DNA of 52,510 nucleotides, the filler included, from Basidioascus undulatus (taxonomy: Eukaryota), in the NCBI GenBank assembly GCA_000826855.1. It is 4 parts of 4 records of this genome, joined end to end, with 100 filler letters (N's around TTAATTAATTAA, not from the genome) between each part and the next. Parts side by side here need not be neighbours in the genome. Positions count along the whole stretch, not along the records: positions 39,498 to 52,510 come from JTLS01000850.1; 3 more parts are not named here. One strand, 5' to 3'. Each line of letters starts with the position of its first letter. Positions within the stretch are counted from its first letter, which is position 1. Below are positions 42,017-52,510 of this stretch, in pieces. The notes beneath the pieces were generated by a model that worked only from the letters and a program-made list of their open reading frames with translations, had not been told where the DNA came from and searched no databases. The translations under genes and the position numbers were made by a program.

Positions 42017-45000
42017 GCGGATGGGGGAGGCGAAGGATGGGAGGGTGAGGGAAGAGGTCGCTGCGGTGAGCTGTGAGTAGGGGGAGAGGGGCGTGGGATT
42101 GGGCAACGGAAGGACTGAGAGGGCAATTCGAGGTGCTGAGCTCAAACTACTGTGTGCTGTTGGACGGGGATGGCGCGAATGTGGTGGAAAGTGGGAGTTG
42201 GTCGCGCTTGGAGTAAGATTGCTCAACGCTCGCTCTGATCTCTGAGCCCATCTTGAACAGGCAGCAAACGGACTAACTACTACTGAGCTCCATTTCCCAA
42301 ATCCGCGTCAGGACGGATCCTCAAATCTTAATTGAACGTAGAATCTTCACATCGTACTAGGTACATAAACCCTTGTGGCGTTGAAGTTTGGCTGTCGTGG
42401 AAAGGGTCAGCGCGGCGCGCAGCCTTTTCTTTCAAACTGCAGCCAGATGCGCACTTCACTTGGCAGGCCACGGGCTTTGCTTTCCATTTTATAAAAAAAG
42501 ACCCGCTTGACTGTTCTGGAAAACGACATGTTCCCCGTTTTGGACCTTGAGAGCGAGCAAGAAAGCGACCGCGATCCCTTGACGAACCGCCGACCACTTG
42601 CTCCTTCCCGTGGGCAGTGAACCGTAAGGCTGTATTTCTGTACCGTTGCCCCACGAAATGCACCTGGGTAGGCTCTTCTTCAGGATCGGCTTGGAAAACA
42701 CTCCTCGTCTAACGCCGGAACGACTCATCCAGCGACGCAGCGACCGACATGCTCGCTGCCCTGTTTCGAACATGCCGCGCTTACAGTCGCGAATTGGACT
42801 CATACAAAAGGTTAAAGGTGAAGACCTCAAATCCTACCCGACGCGAACTTCGTTAGTGCTTCCCTCATCTCCAATCCCTCAAGCTCTATGACCATGACCT
42901 TCGCGGTGCCGGACTTTGCCCGCTCGCCCGTCGCACAGCTGCTGCCCGGCGCTCACTCCGCTTGCCTCTGATCACTCTCATCCCTTTCAATCCAGGGAAG
43001 ATTCTCAGGAGTTTGTCGATAGCGCTGGCGCTAATCTATCTGTGGGGCGCAGCCTCGCCTGACACGCTGGCCTTTTTGCTGGACGCTCCTCCGCTCGTCA
43101 AGCAACTGCAGTTCGGCGTGATACCAGGTCTCACCGATATGCATACATTTCCCGAATTCGACCGCGAGGACCGTACATGCGCAGCTGGGCTGGATAGGCA
43201 TGAAGGGACGAGTGGCAGTTGACGAACCGGAGCTTGGAGCTCTCTCTGTCCTGAGGACACCCCTACCAGCTTTGAAGTAAGGTACACCGGAGCCAATCTC
43301 CACTCATTCCGCCAATGGATGGCCGTACATGAACGGCTTAATTCCACCTTCAAACTTGTGGTGTCCCTTCGGTTGCCTGGGACACCACAAGTTCGAAGTC
43401 AGCAGTATTCCTCACCTTCTACCATACGAAGGTTCCAGAAGCAGCCGCTCATTCAGCAGACCAGCGTTTTGCAACCCGATCAATCGGCGCAAGGACAGCA
43501 CAGAAGAGAGGTATGAACCGACAATGAACGTGACAGTCCGGAAGATCACTGCTAATTCGAAGTCCTCAACCATGCTGCTCCCCCCCCTCCCGCCGCAGCG
43601 TTGCCGTCGAGCTGAAGTCCGGCACATCAGGCTGCTCGCTATCGACCGTCGGGACCTTGCGCTCTGACACGTTGTCCGAGTCCTTGCCGTATGGGTCGCT
43701 CTCGTCCTCGGCGATGTACGTGTGGGTGGTGATCTGCCCAGCCCTCATGGTCATTTCCCTCGCTCAATCATGTTGAACTCCGTAAAAGATGCACACGTAC
43801 CTGGATCTCGCCAGGCTGCGGAATCTGGCCTACACGCCGCCCGCCGATGCTTCGGAGGGCGTAGCTCGGTCCGGGGCTGCGGGACTTGCTGTTTGAGCCC
43901 GAGTTGGATAGCCTTCGGAGAGATGGGGGTGAGTGTGTAGATTGGAGGGGCATGGGGCAGGGGGAAGGTACGCTTCTGCTTTCGCGAGCACGCGGTGCAG
44001 GTCGAGGCGGTGGTTCAAGGTCACCATGACCGAGCTTTAATGTGGACAGATGGTCAGACCTGGGTATCGTGAAGGTGAAAGCATCCAGGGCTTACTGGAT
44101 GTATATCTTGCTGGCCACCATTTCTGCATGAGGTGTTGTTCAGCAGGGCCACGAGTCTCAACGCGCCGTATCAGAGACGAACGGAATGCCAAATGAGCGG
44201 TGTTGGTCTTTCCAGAGACCACGAACCTGTTCGATGAACCAAATGGGGTCAGCACCCCACAGTGGGACCAGATTTCTTGAACAGCTCAGCTGTGATATAC
44301 GCGATGAAGTTTCCGCAAACAACGAGTGTGGCTTCAGGCCTGAAAGTCAACGAGAGGCAGCCTACAGCACGTCCAAAGGCCACTTACTCAAGAAGCAGGT
44401 CTCCATTGCAAGAATGCTAATCTTGGTAACGATCTGTTGTAGATGTCTTCCTGAGCTTCACGCCCCGAGCCAGATCCTCGCAGCGCAGGGGGCGCACCGA
44501 TTCACTCTTGTGGAAGCCCGTCATACCCTTGGTCACTGTTTCGAAGTGTCAGCGACCCAAAGGCCTCAATAGAGTGAAGACAGCCTGCTGACACAGTGAG
44601 CGACACTGAAGGGACGTTATGTTGAGCTTGTATTGGGGCATGCCGTTCCAGTCGGGTTCACGGAAACGCACCAATACCGCACACATGAAGACGTCGACGA
44701 TGACCGCGGGGACGAGCCATGCCAGTACGGCATTACTGACCTGCAAATCGATATCCAGCCGTTTGAGCGGGATAGCACTGAAGTTGGGCGAGGACGCTCA
44801 CTTTGTAGGCCAGGCTGAAGCGTGCAACCTGCCATGATCATAAGACGTGTGCGCATCTCCGTGCGCTGGAGACTCGAAGACGTACTTGCGAGAACCAGAT
44901 GGCAAGCCTACAGACTGAAATTAGGTCCAGTTACCCTTTCAAGTGTACTGATCCTCACCATATGGAGGATGCGAAGGAGACGAGGATTCCCGCCATGCCG

Positions 45001-48000
45001 AACGCCTGCACGCAGGTACAAGAGTCCTGAGGAAAAGCTGGCCTCAATTTCGATCCTGTACGTGAGGCGATGGCGGCCATCAGCGTTTAAACCCAAGTTG
45101 CTAGTGGTCTCGAAGGGCGGGACAGTGAATGGTGGGCAGCGCCCGGAGAGCAGATGCACTTACTCACGTACACTTTTGCTCTATGCCTTGACCAATGCTT
45201 TTGACATGCTTGACATGAGGAATCGTTCTGTGCTTCACATTCTTGGTCCTCAAGATTCTCCATTTAGAAGATTGAGGACCTGCGTTTCCGAACTTAGAAA
45301 GCTTGAATTGGGTTAAATTATGCGCTCATAACCTTCTCGTTTCTTCTGTCCATAGTTAATCTGAGGGCCAAGGCGGGACTGGGGCAATCAAGGCGGAAGC
45401 CGCACAATGACCCAGGGGCGCAGCGGAAAGCGCCACCGTTTACAATGAGTGGAAACCACGATTCTGGCACAAAACTACCACCATCACATACATACCTACT
45501 CGAAAGAACGAGTGCTAACCCACTGAGCTGCGGTGACGCCGGCGATGGAGGCACACGGGCGTTGGTGAATGCGAACGAGAGACGAGAATGCATGGCTTTC
45601 ACTGCTCTGCAGTGGGCGGTCTGTGGCGTTATAAGTTTATATTTCAACACAGTATGTACGTCCTGTCTTTCAATCCCCCAGTTGCTTTCCGTCGTTCTTC
45701 AGCTCCAGCCTGCTCATCACCCAGTCAACGTCCTCAATGTGTCGCTTCAAGCTCTCCCACTGCACCCCGCGCAACACAGCATCAGCTCAGCTCGGCCTCC
45801 CGCAACCACGTAAACCCTACTAACCTCGTCCTTGCACAGCGTCACACCGGAGCCGTTTCCGTTCGAGAGCTGAACACCGACTTTCCCATCGCTGTCGAGG
45901 TATGCTGTCGCACGTACGGCACGCGCCTTGCCAAGCTGCAGAGTACCCCACGCTTCCAAACTGTTAGCAACCGCATGCACCAACATGGGATACGCAAAAT
46001 CAATCAAGGAGTGTAGGCGGGGAAAAGAAGGAAAGTTTACTGACCTCGACATGTTCTGAGAAGATGCAAGAGAGGCATGCTCATTGAAAACCGTGCCATG
46101 GTTACATGAAAGAAGAATAATTTGACTTACCATTTCCCTCGCGGTCCCGATGTACTCCCCAACACACCACAACCGCAGCAGCCTGCAGGTCCGCCGGGCT
46201 GGCGCCGTCTGAACTGTCCCCCTTCCACTCGACCGCCCCCGCCAGCAGCGTCAGGTTATACTGTTATGAGAACCTCCTTCACTGAAACTCGATCTAAAGT
46301 CACCTTCCCTCTCATCTTTACACTAGGCCTCTTTGCCTTCTCCCGCTCTGCGAGGACCTCCGCCTCCTCGAGGTTGATCCCGACCTCTAAGTCGATTCCA
46401 GGGCGGGCAGACGACCGGGGGAGAATGGCCTGCATATTGCTGTTGAAGAGTGACAAATAGAAGAATTCTGGCTTCCGGTAGGGATGGGAGTTTATGCGTG
46501 TGTCTGAAAATTGCGGTCGTCGAAGATACAGAATGGGCCAAGCTGAAGCAGACTTGGGGGGAAATGGTCGCGTGGGTGGTCGCGTGACTCAAATGCACGA
46601 ACGACGTCTTCCATAACTTGCGTCAAAAGCTGTGCTGTTTTACCAGATCTGCTTCTGCGTTGCGCAACGAGCGGGCCGCGGCCGGAGCTTCGCTTATCAG
46701 TGGAGCCAACGCGAGACTGCACTCCGAGCTCGACTTCCCGGACACCGTTTTGGATGCGCGGCCCGGGCAGCGGACGGATGTAGCGACAACGGAGCAGATG
46801 TTCCAGGCGGCATTTTTGGAGCTTATCACAGAAATCTTGGACTAGGACGTCGGTGGCTGCCACGAGGTGCCTGTGATTTCTGACGAGACAGCCGAAGAAC
46901 CAGCTGGACTTTCTCATCTTGACCAGGGCTCGCGTCATGGACGATAACGACCTCGTCGCTCAACTCGAGGACGTCATCCCGTGCCTGATCAATGCTTTGA
47001 CCCGAGTCAAGAAGGTTGAAACCCTCCGTGCTGGGCTCGCCGCTCCCGATAAAGCCATCGATGCCCACAGGCAAACTTGTTATTACCTTTCGGATCCTTC
47101 TCAGATATCTCTTCGCTGCTGCGCTTGGCCTACGGCAGTCGGGAGGTTAGATTTACAGTCCATCTCGATGCGCTGCCCCTAGGACTACTGGCGGGAGCTC
47201 GCACAAGGCTTGGTTCGAAGCTGTGCGTGCGGCGCTGGCAGCCTTGGGAGAGTGAAGTGAGTGGGGGAGAGGGGGACATTGGCGCCCACTCTGGAGCCAG
47301 GGTTTTGAGCTTTTTCGGTGCGGTGTGTCGAAGTGTGTTCAAAGGTAGCGAAGTTCGTGGGCATAATGAATGAATATTTCGCGGCGACCTGCTTTGTTTC
47401 TTGCGTCTCAGTTGACAGGACACCTCGACATAAGCTGTGCCCGCCACCGGGGAAGATGGTTGGAGTGTCAGGTTATTGAGCAAGTAATTATAAGTAGCCT
47501 GCCCATGTGCTTCCGAGCGACCACTGGTGTTCCCGAACCTCCATGGGGTTACTTGGAAATGTAACCAGATGGTGTGATATGCTTAATGACTTTCTCTAAA
47601 GCGGTGTAATTGGTGACAGATTTCAGTCAGACGGGCTGGACAGCTATCGGACAAGCACACTGCGCTGCATAGCCGATTTGCGTCAGATACAGCTTGTGCC
47701 CCCATCTGTGCTGTTCGGAAAGTCTGCATATTTGAATGACGGCCCTCATTGAGGTACAGTTTGACTTATAAGCTTACACTGGACGCAGGACACCTAGTGA
47801 TTCGAGAGAGACCACAAGCTTCAAGAAGGTCCAAAACGTTTGCTACCAGAGCGGCGCTGAAAGATGTTTAAGCTCATTGGAAAAGGTGTTATCACTGTGC
47901 AGTACCTCACCGGTAGATCAAGGCACGCCCTGCGGCGGCCACGGCCGACGGACTCGCGGCGGGCAACCCAGTCGGCGCTTGACCTCCTCCCTCCATCTCA

Positions 48001-51000
48001 TCTCGTTGCCCCGCCCAGCCTCGCCCAACCCTCCAACCTGTTCAGACACGCTCAGCCCCGCTCACTATGAGTTGGATTCTCGACTGCTTCCGAAAGTATT
48101 TCAAAGAGCGTTCTCCCCGCTGTAGCCGTAATGATGACCTTTCTCCAGAACCTGTGCGTCTCTCCGTTCGTCCCGCCGACTGGGGCGTTGGGGCCCGGGA
48201 ACAGGGATTTTATGCTGGAAACACCGAGAAGGCACTCTGACCAAACTCCGCACGAACAGGGAGATCATGCCGTTGCTGTTCGCGATCAATTTCCGGCATC
48301 TCGGCGACCACGATTTCGCATGTGCTTGGCTCTTCCTCGCCTCCCTCGCCCTCACGATCGATGCCAGAGCTTTCGATCGCACGGCCCGCTCATGGTCGAG
48401 CTTGATACGCAGCTTTATCGTGCCGGCGGGGCCTAGACGAGCGCTTGACCATGCTGTGCATTCCTAACAACTCGAGCATCCCGGACGCGCTTCACCGCCT
48501 AGAGATCCACTTTCCGCTCGTCCGTGACGAGCTCTACCCGAAAAAAGAAAAGATAAGAACCTCTTCGAATCCTTGAGGCCCCATGGCTTGGACACAGTTG
48601 GCCTTATGACCAGGACCCTCCATTGCCTCGTCTTGGCGAGAGTCCGCCTCGTAAAATCCGAGGACCTCATATTAACCGGCGCCTCACCGGCGATCTTGCT
48701 CGGAAGCTCTTGTAAACTTTCGTGCTGAATTCGTTGTCGTCAATAAAGTCATCGACACCGAAGGGTAAATCTTGGTGGACACTCTTAGAGCTGCTATTCT
48801 TCTCAACCTGCGCGAGGCGATTGGGAGGCTCGATCAGATTTCTGCGAGTTTCGATGCGTTGGACCCCAAGACGACGGACGGGATCTCCCTCACTGCGCTT
48901 GATCCGAATCTGTGCAGGCGGCGATGACCGCCGTTGAGAAAGCAGTGGGGCGCGGGGAGAGATCGTCCGACGGCGATGCCTGGGACGGAGTAGAAAGTGG
49001 ATTGTCTTTGATTTAGCCCGTTATTGGTGGGGTAGATCGAACGCACGACGCTCCTCAGCAACGCCGCGCTCCGCCTTCCTGTCGGTCCGCTGTTTGCTGA
49101 TCTACCCGCTCGCTCGGCTCGGATGCCTGTGGCTGTCGAGGACATTGAGTGCAGCCTCCTCCACGAGCATCTGTGGCGGAACGAGGATAGCGGGGGCCTT
49201 CACGCCTGGTACAATGTGTTCGCTTACTGCTTCTTGTAAACAGTTTTGCTTTATTTGCGCGGTTCGTACTATATGCGCATTTGTGGCAGGACTCGCATTG
49301 TGCTGACGGCTAAAGTGCGGCAAGCGGCTGGCGCGTCACTGCACGCAAGCCTACCTTTCTTTGCGGATATGACGTACGATGCTGACGATGAGCATTTCCA
49401 GGCCTCCGACGTACTTTACACCTGGCCAGGCAAACGCTTAGTTAGACAGCATGCTCGCTGTTGAGCGAGTCAGTGCTTCTGGCACTCTACTCAGGTCTTT
49501 CGCATTGCTCACACAACCGGGCCCCGGCTGAGTGCAGGACATCGTTGATTACGGGTGGGAGAGCACGCCGTACCCGGCGACCGTCCTGAGCATCTGGGCC
49601 CAGCGCACACTTGACCTCTTCCAGCTCGAGCCGATCCGGGTCGCGTGCGCTGGAACTCGCGAGGCGGCTCATCGCACTCTGGCTTGTTCTTGCAGTACAG
49701 GCCGTCCCCAGGTGCGTTACCTCTCCTTCAAAAGCCATAATGTCTGCCTGAACACTCTCTAATGCACCTTTACCCTCGACACCTAGCCGGGCATGCACGC
49801 CATGGCGCACTTTTTGAAATCTGTGCTCGACTCGAACGGCGGTACACCGCGCCCGCGGCTGCAACCCTTGCGGATGTCGAGCTCTGAGCGATGCTCGACG
49901 GGCAGATGATATGTGGGATGTTGTTCTGGAGTTTGATCTTTGGATGTAGTATGGCGTGCACATGTACTCCGTTTGGATTCACCCTCGTGTTTGGGCTCGA
50001 GAAGAACTGATATCCTGCTCGATCCCGCCTGACCTCCAAAACCCACAGAAAAGACGTCTTGCACTCCCTGCTTATTGGCCATATACTGAGCCTGCGCCAC
50101 ACTAACCACCTGACGCTTGACACGCTTTACGCCTTGTGCAGCGCTGTTCGCCAGAAACTCGCTGCAGCCATTGGCTACTATTGGGTACAGCGCCACCTTT
50201 TGCTCATACGGTCTTCGCGCATGGCTCGGCGTCCGTTTTTGACTAACCAAGTTGTTCTTCGATATTGAAGTTTGAAGACAGACTCGAGACTTGAACAAGA
50301 GACACAGTAAGCAACTCGCCCGCGCCGCGCGCTGGGTCGGCCTGCCGTTTTCAGTTCTCCTCAGGCGCTAGTCCTAGGTCCGCATCACTGAGTAACTCCG
50401 ATGTCTAGAAAATCTGCGCGAATATTTGAACTGGACCAGCCAAACCAAGGTAAGGGCGTGTGGAGCGACAGCGGCAACGACGAGCGCCCCTCCGGAAAGC
50501 ATTCGACAGTTTCAGGTGGCCTTGGGAGAGAAGCGGGACTTGCGGGCGAGAGAAGGTCGAGCCGACGGCGGCGGGAGGATCGATGAGCTCCTCCGCATGC
50601 GGAGGAGCGGAGGATTTCGGAACAGTGACTAGCGGACGAGCGTCAGTGCCACGGCGCGCGCCACTCGGCTCTCCAGGACCTTAGTAGAGGCGGTAAGGGA
50701 ATGGTCGAGGTCGAGCAAGTCGACCGAGGGCGAGATGGAGGATCTCCTACAGTCACGCAGCGAAGGCGAAGCGGACGCATCAGTGCAAGCGATCGAGGAA
50801 GGGCGTCTCACGAAGCCCCCACGGCGTCCCCGAAGGACATCGTCCGCTAGTCCGTGTCGGGCACGCGCTTCGAACGGCAACTCAAAGTCGAGGCGATCGT
50901 GTTCGAAGTGGGCAGTGAGCATGAGCTTGATCGACTCTGACAAACAGAAGAAACAGAAAAAGGCTGTTGAGGGGGAGCGGCACGGTTGGGCGGAGCGGCC

Positions 51001-51290
51001 AGATCCCGAAGAGGAGACGAGGCTGTAGCTGGATCGCCGGTTCAGTCAAATACTCGCGTACGGTTCGGTGCGCATGCGGTGTGCAATGTGCCGGTTTCGT
51101 TGGAACGAGCGAGTCCGTTGCGCTAGTCCATCTCAGCAGCCAGCGCACGTCGTTCTCCCGTCTCTGTTCGGAGCGAAGAGTCGCACAAGTAACACAAGTA
51201 ATCGTTCCCGTCCGCTCTCACATCCCCAAAACCAAACCAAGAGCCTAAGGAACCCTCGCCCGCGCCCACACCCGCGCCCACCGGTGCTCC

Positions 51291-52510
51291 TCAGCCCATC
51301 AACTGGCTCACGTCGTCCGGGGGGTACTTGGTCTGCGCGAACGTCAACACCCTGTTCCACCCCCCTCAAACGCATCAGGATCGGGCACTCTTCGCGCGGC
51401 AAGAAAGTGAAGAAGCGGAGGAAAGGGAGAAGAAAGAGAGGGAGAGAAGGCGACGCACCGCTTGACGCTCTGGATGTACTTGCGCGAGACCTCGTCGTTG
51501 AGGACGTGCGCGATCTGATTCGTCCCAATCTTTTCGCGCGCGGAGCGGTCGTGGATACTGTGTGCCGTGGGGGGGGGGCGTTGTGCGTCAGTAGGTAGCG
51601 GAGCGCGGGAAGGAGATCGGAGATAGGAGGGCAGAAGAAGGGAAGGACGGAGGAAGAAAGGTTGGAAGAAGGAGGACGCAGATGGGTGAGGGGAAGAATG
51701 CGAGGGGAGAAGACAGAGGATAGAAGACGTGCGCGGGTGGGAGAGGGAAAAACCGGGAGAGGCAGTGGAACTCGGGAAAGAGTGAGGGGAAGAATGCGAG
51801 GGGAGAAGACAGAGGATAGAAGACGGCGCGGGTGGGAGAGGGAAAAACCGGGAGAGGCAGTGGAACTCGGGAAAGAGCGAGCTAAGAGGGAGGAGGAAAG
51901 AAGGTAGAGCACGCACCCAACCATCGTAACCCCAATCGGCCACGGGGCGTTCCCGATGCTGAGGCGGAGGTACGCGTCGTTTGCCTGGCGGTAGAGCCGC
52001 TGCTGCGCGTAGTGTACGATCTCTGCGAGGAGGGGGAGGACGTCGGGAGGGAGGGCCTGCGGGACCGCCGCGAGGGTCAGCTTTCTGTCTTCTCTCGAGC
52101 TTCCTTGTTCTCAGGTCCTCATTGGGACGACGGGGGTCGGTAGCCGGGGGTACGGGAGGAGGAAGAGGTGGGATAGGAAAGGCAAAGGGGAAGGTGGGGA
52201 AGAGAGGGGGAGGGAGAAGAAAGGCGAGGCGAGGAGAGGAATGGGGGTGGGGTGGCGGAGGAAGAGTGGGGAGTAGGAATGGGGAGATAGGGCAGAAGAA
52301 AAAGATGAGGAAGACAGATACCCACCCGCGACCGAAGCTGCTTAAACAGCGGCTTGAGGTACTCGGCCGTCTGTACCTGCGTCGCCGCTGCGAGGCGGCC
52401 CTGCGTGGACTGCTTGATGTGCTCTGCGGGAAGGAAACGCGGCGGATTAGCATTTTTGTTCGGGCCCTCGGGATCGGGGGGAAGAAGAGGGTTCGGATGA
52501 AACGGGCGAG
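51291..52510 (-). CDS. PRP18: Pre-mRNA splicing factor Prp18, C-terminal exons (5' part outside the window)
   Basis: QTAEYLKPLFKQLR, YRQANDAYLRLSIGNAPWPIGVTMVG|IHDRSAREKI...AHVLNDEVSRKYIQSVKR|VLTFAQTKYPP. Confidence 0.93.
51686..51876 (+). repeat. Two-copy ~96-bp tandem duplication inside a PRP18 intron
   Basis: gtgaggggaagaatgcgagg...gaactcgggaaaga at 51686 and 51782; the copies differ by a 1-nt indel. Confidence 0.9.

Overview
The window is four unrelated contigs (1-13076, 13177-26239, 26340-39397, 39498-52510; lengths 13076/13063/13058/13013) joined by artificial 100-nt N+TTAATTAATTAA linkers. Contigs 2-4 are ordinary GC-rich, intron-rich fungal DNA, probably basidiomycete. They carry GRX3/4, a decayed MATE-like transporter, DCC1, RNase H2A, an expansin/RlpA-like secreted protein, COQ6, a metallophosphoesterase, an intron-containing tRNA-Ile(AAT), a long-chain acyl-CoA ligase, a PalI/SUR7 protein, a CCDC137-like gene, a CNH-domain gene, the start of UGGT, and PRP18. 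Contig 1 is different: a gene-dense, intron-free, virus- or plasmid-like DNA element. It encodes an RNA-primed-type family B DNA polymerase, a miniature (~608 aa) Rpb1/beta'-like RNA polymerase subunit, an SF3 (D5-like) helicase without an obvious AEP primase, and a candidate SSB. Its cargo is a Modin/MOD-A-like membrane protein, a protein kinase, three APH-like phosphotransferase domains and tiny Zn-ribbon ORFs. Almost every gene start in contig 1 is preceded by a palindromic CAAC-N3-6-GTTG(-N5-CCAC) motif (candidate element-specific promoter), and both convergent gene junctions contain TTTTGAAAA (candidate terminator). No capsid, integrase or terminal repeat is recognisable. All family assignments come from motif recognition by eye, not database searches.
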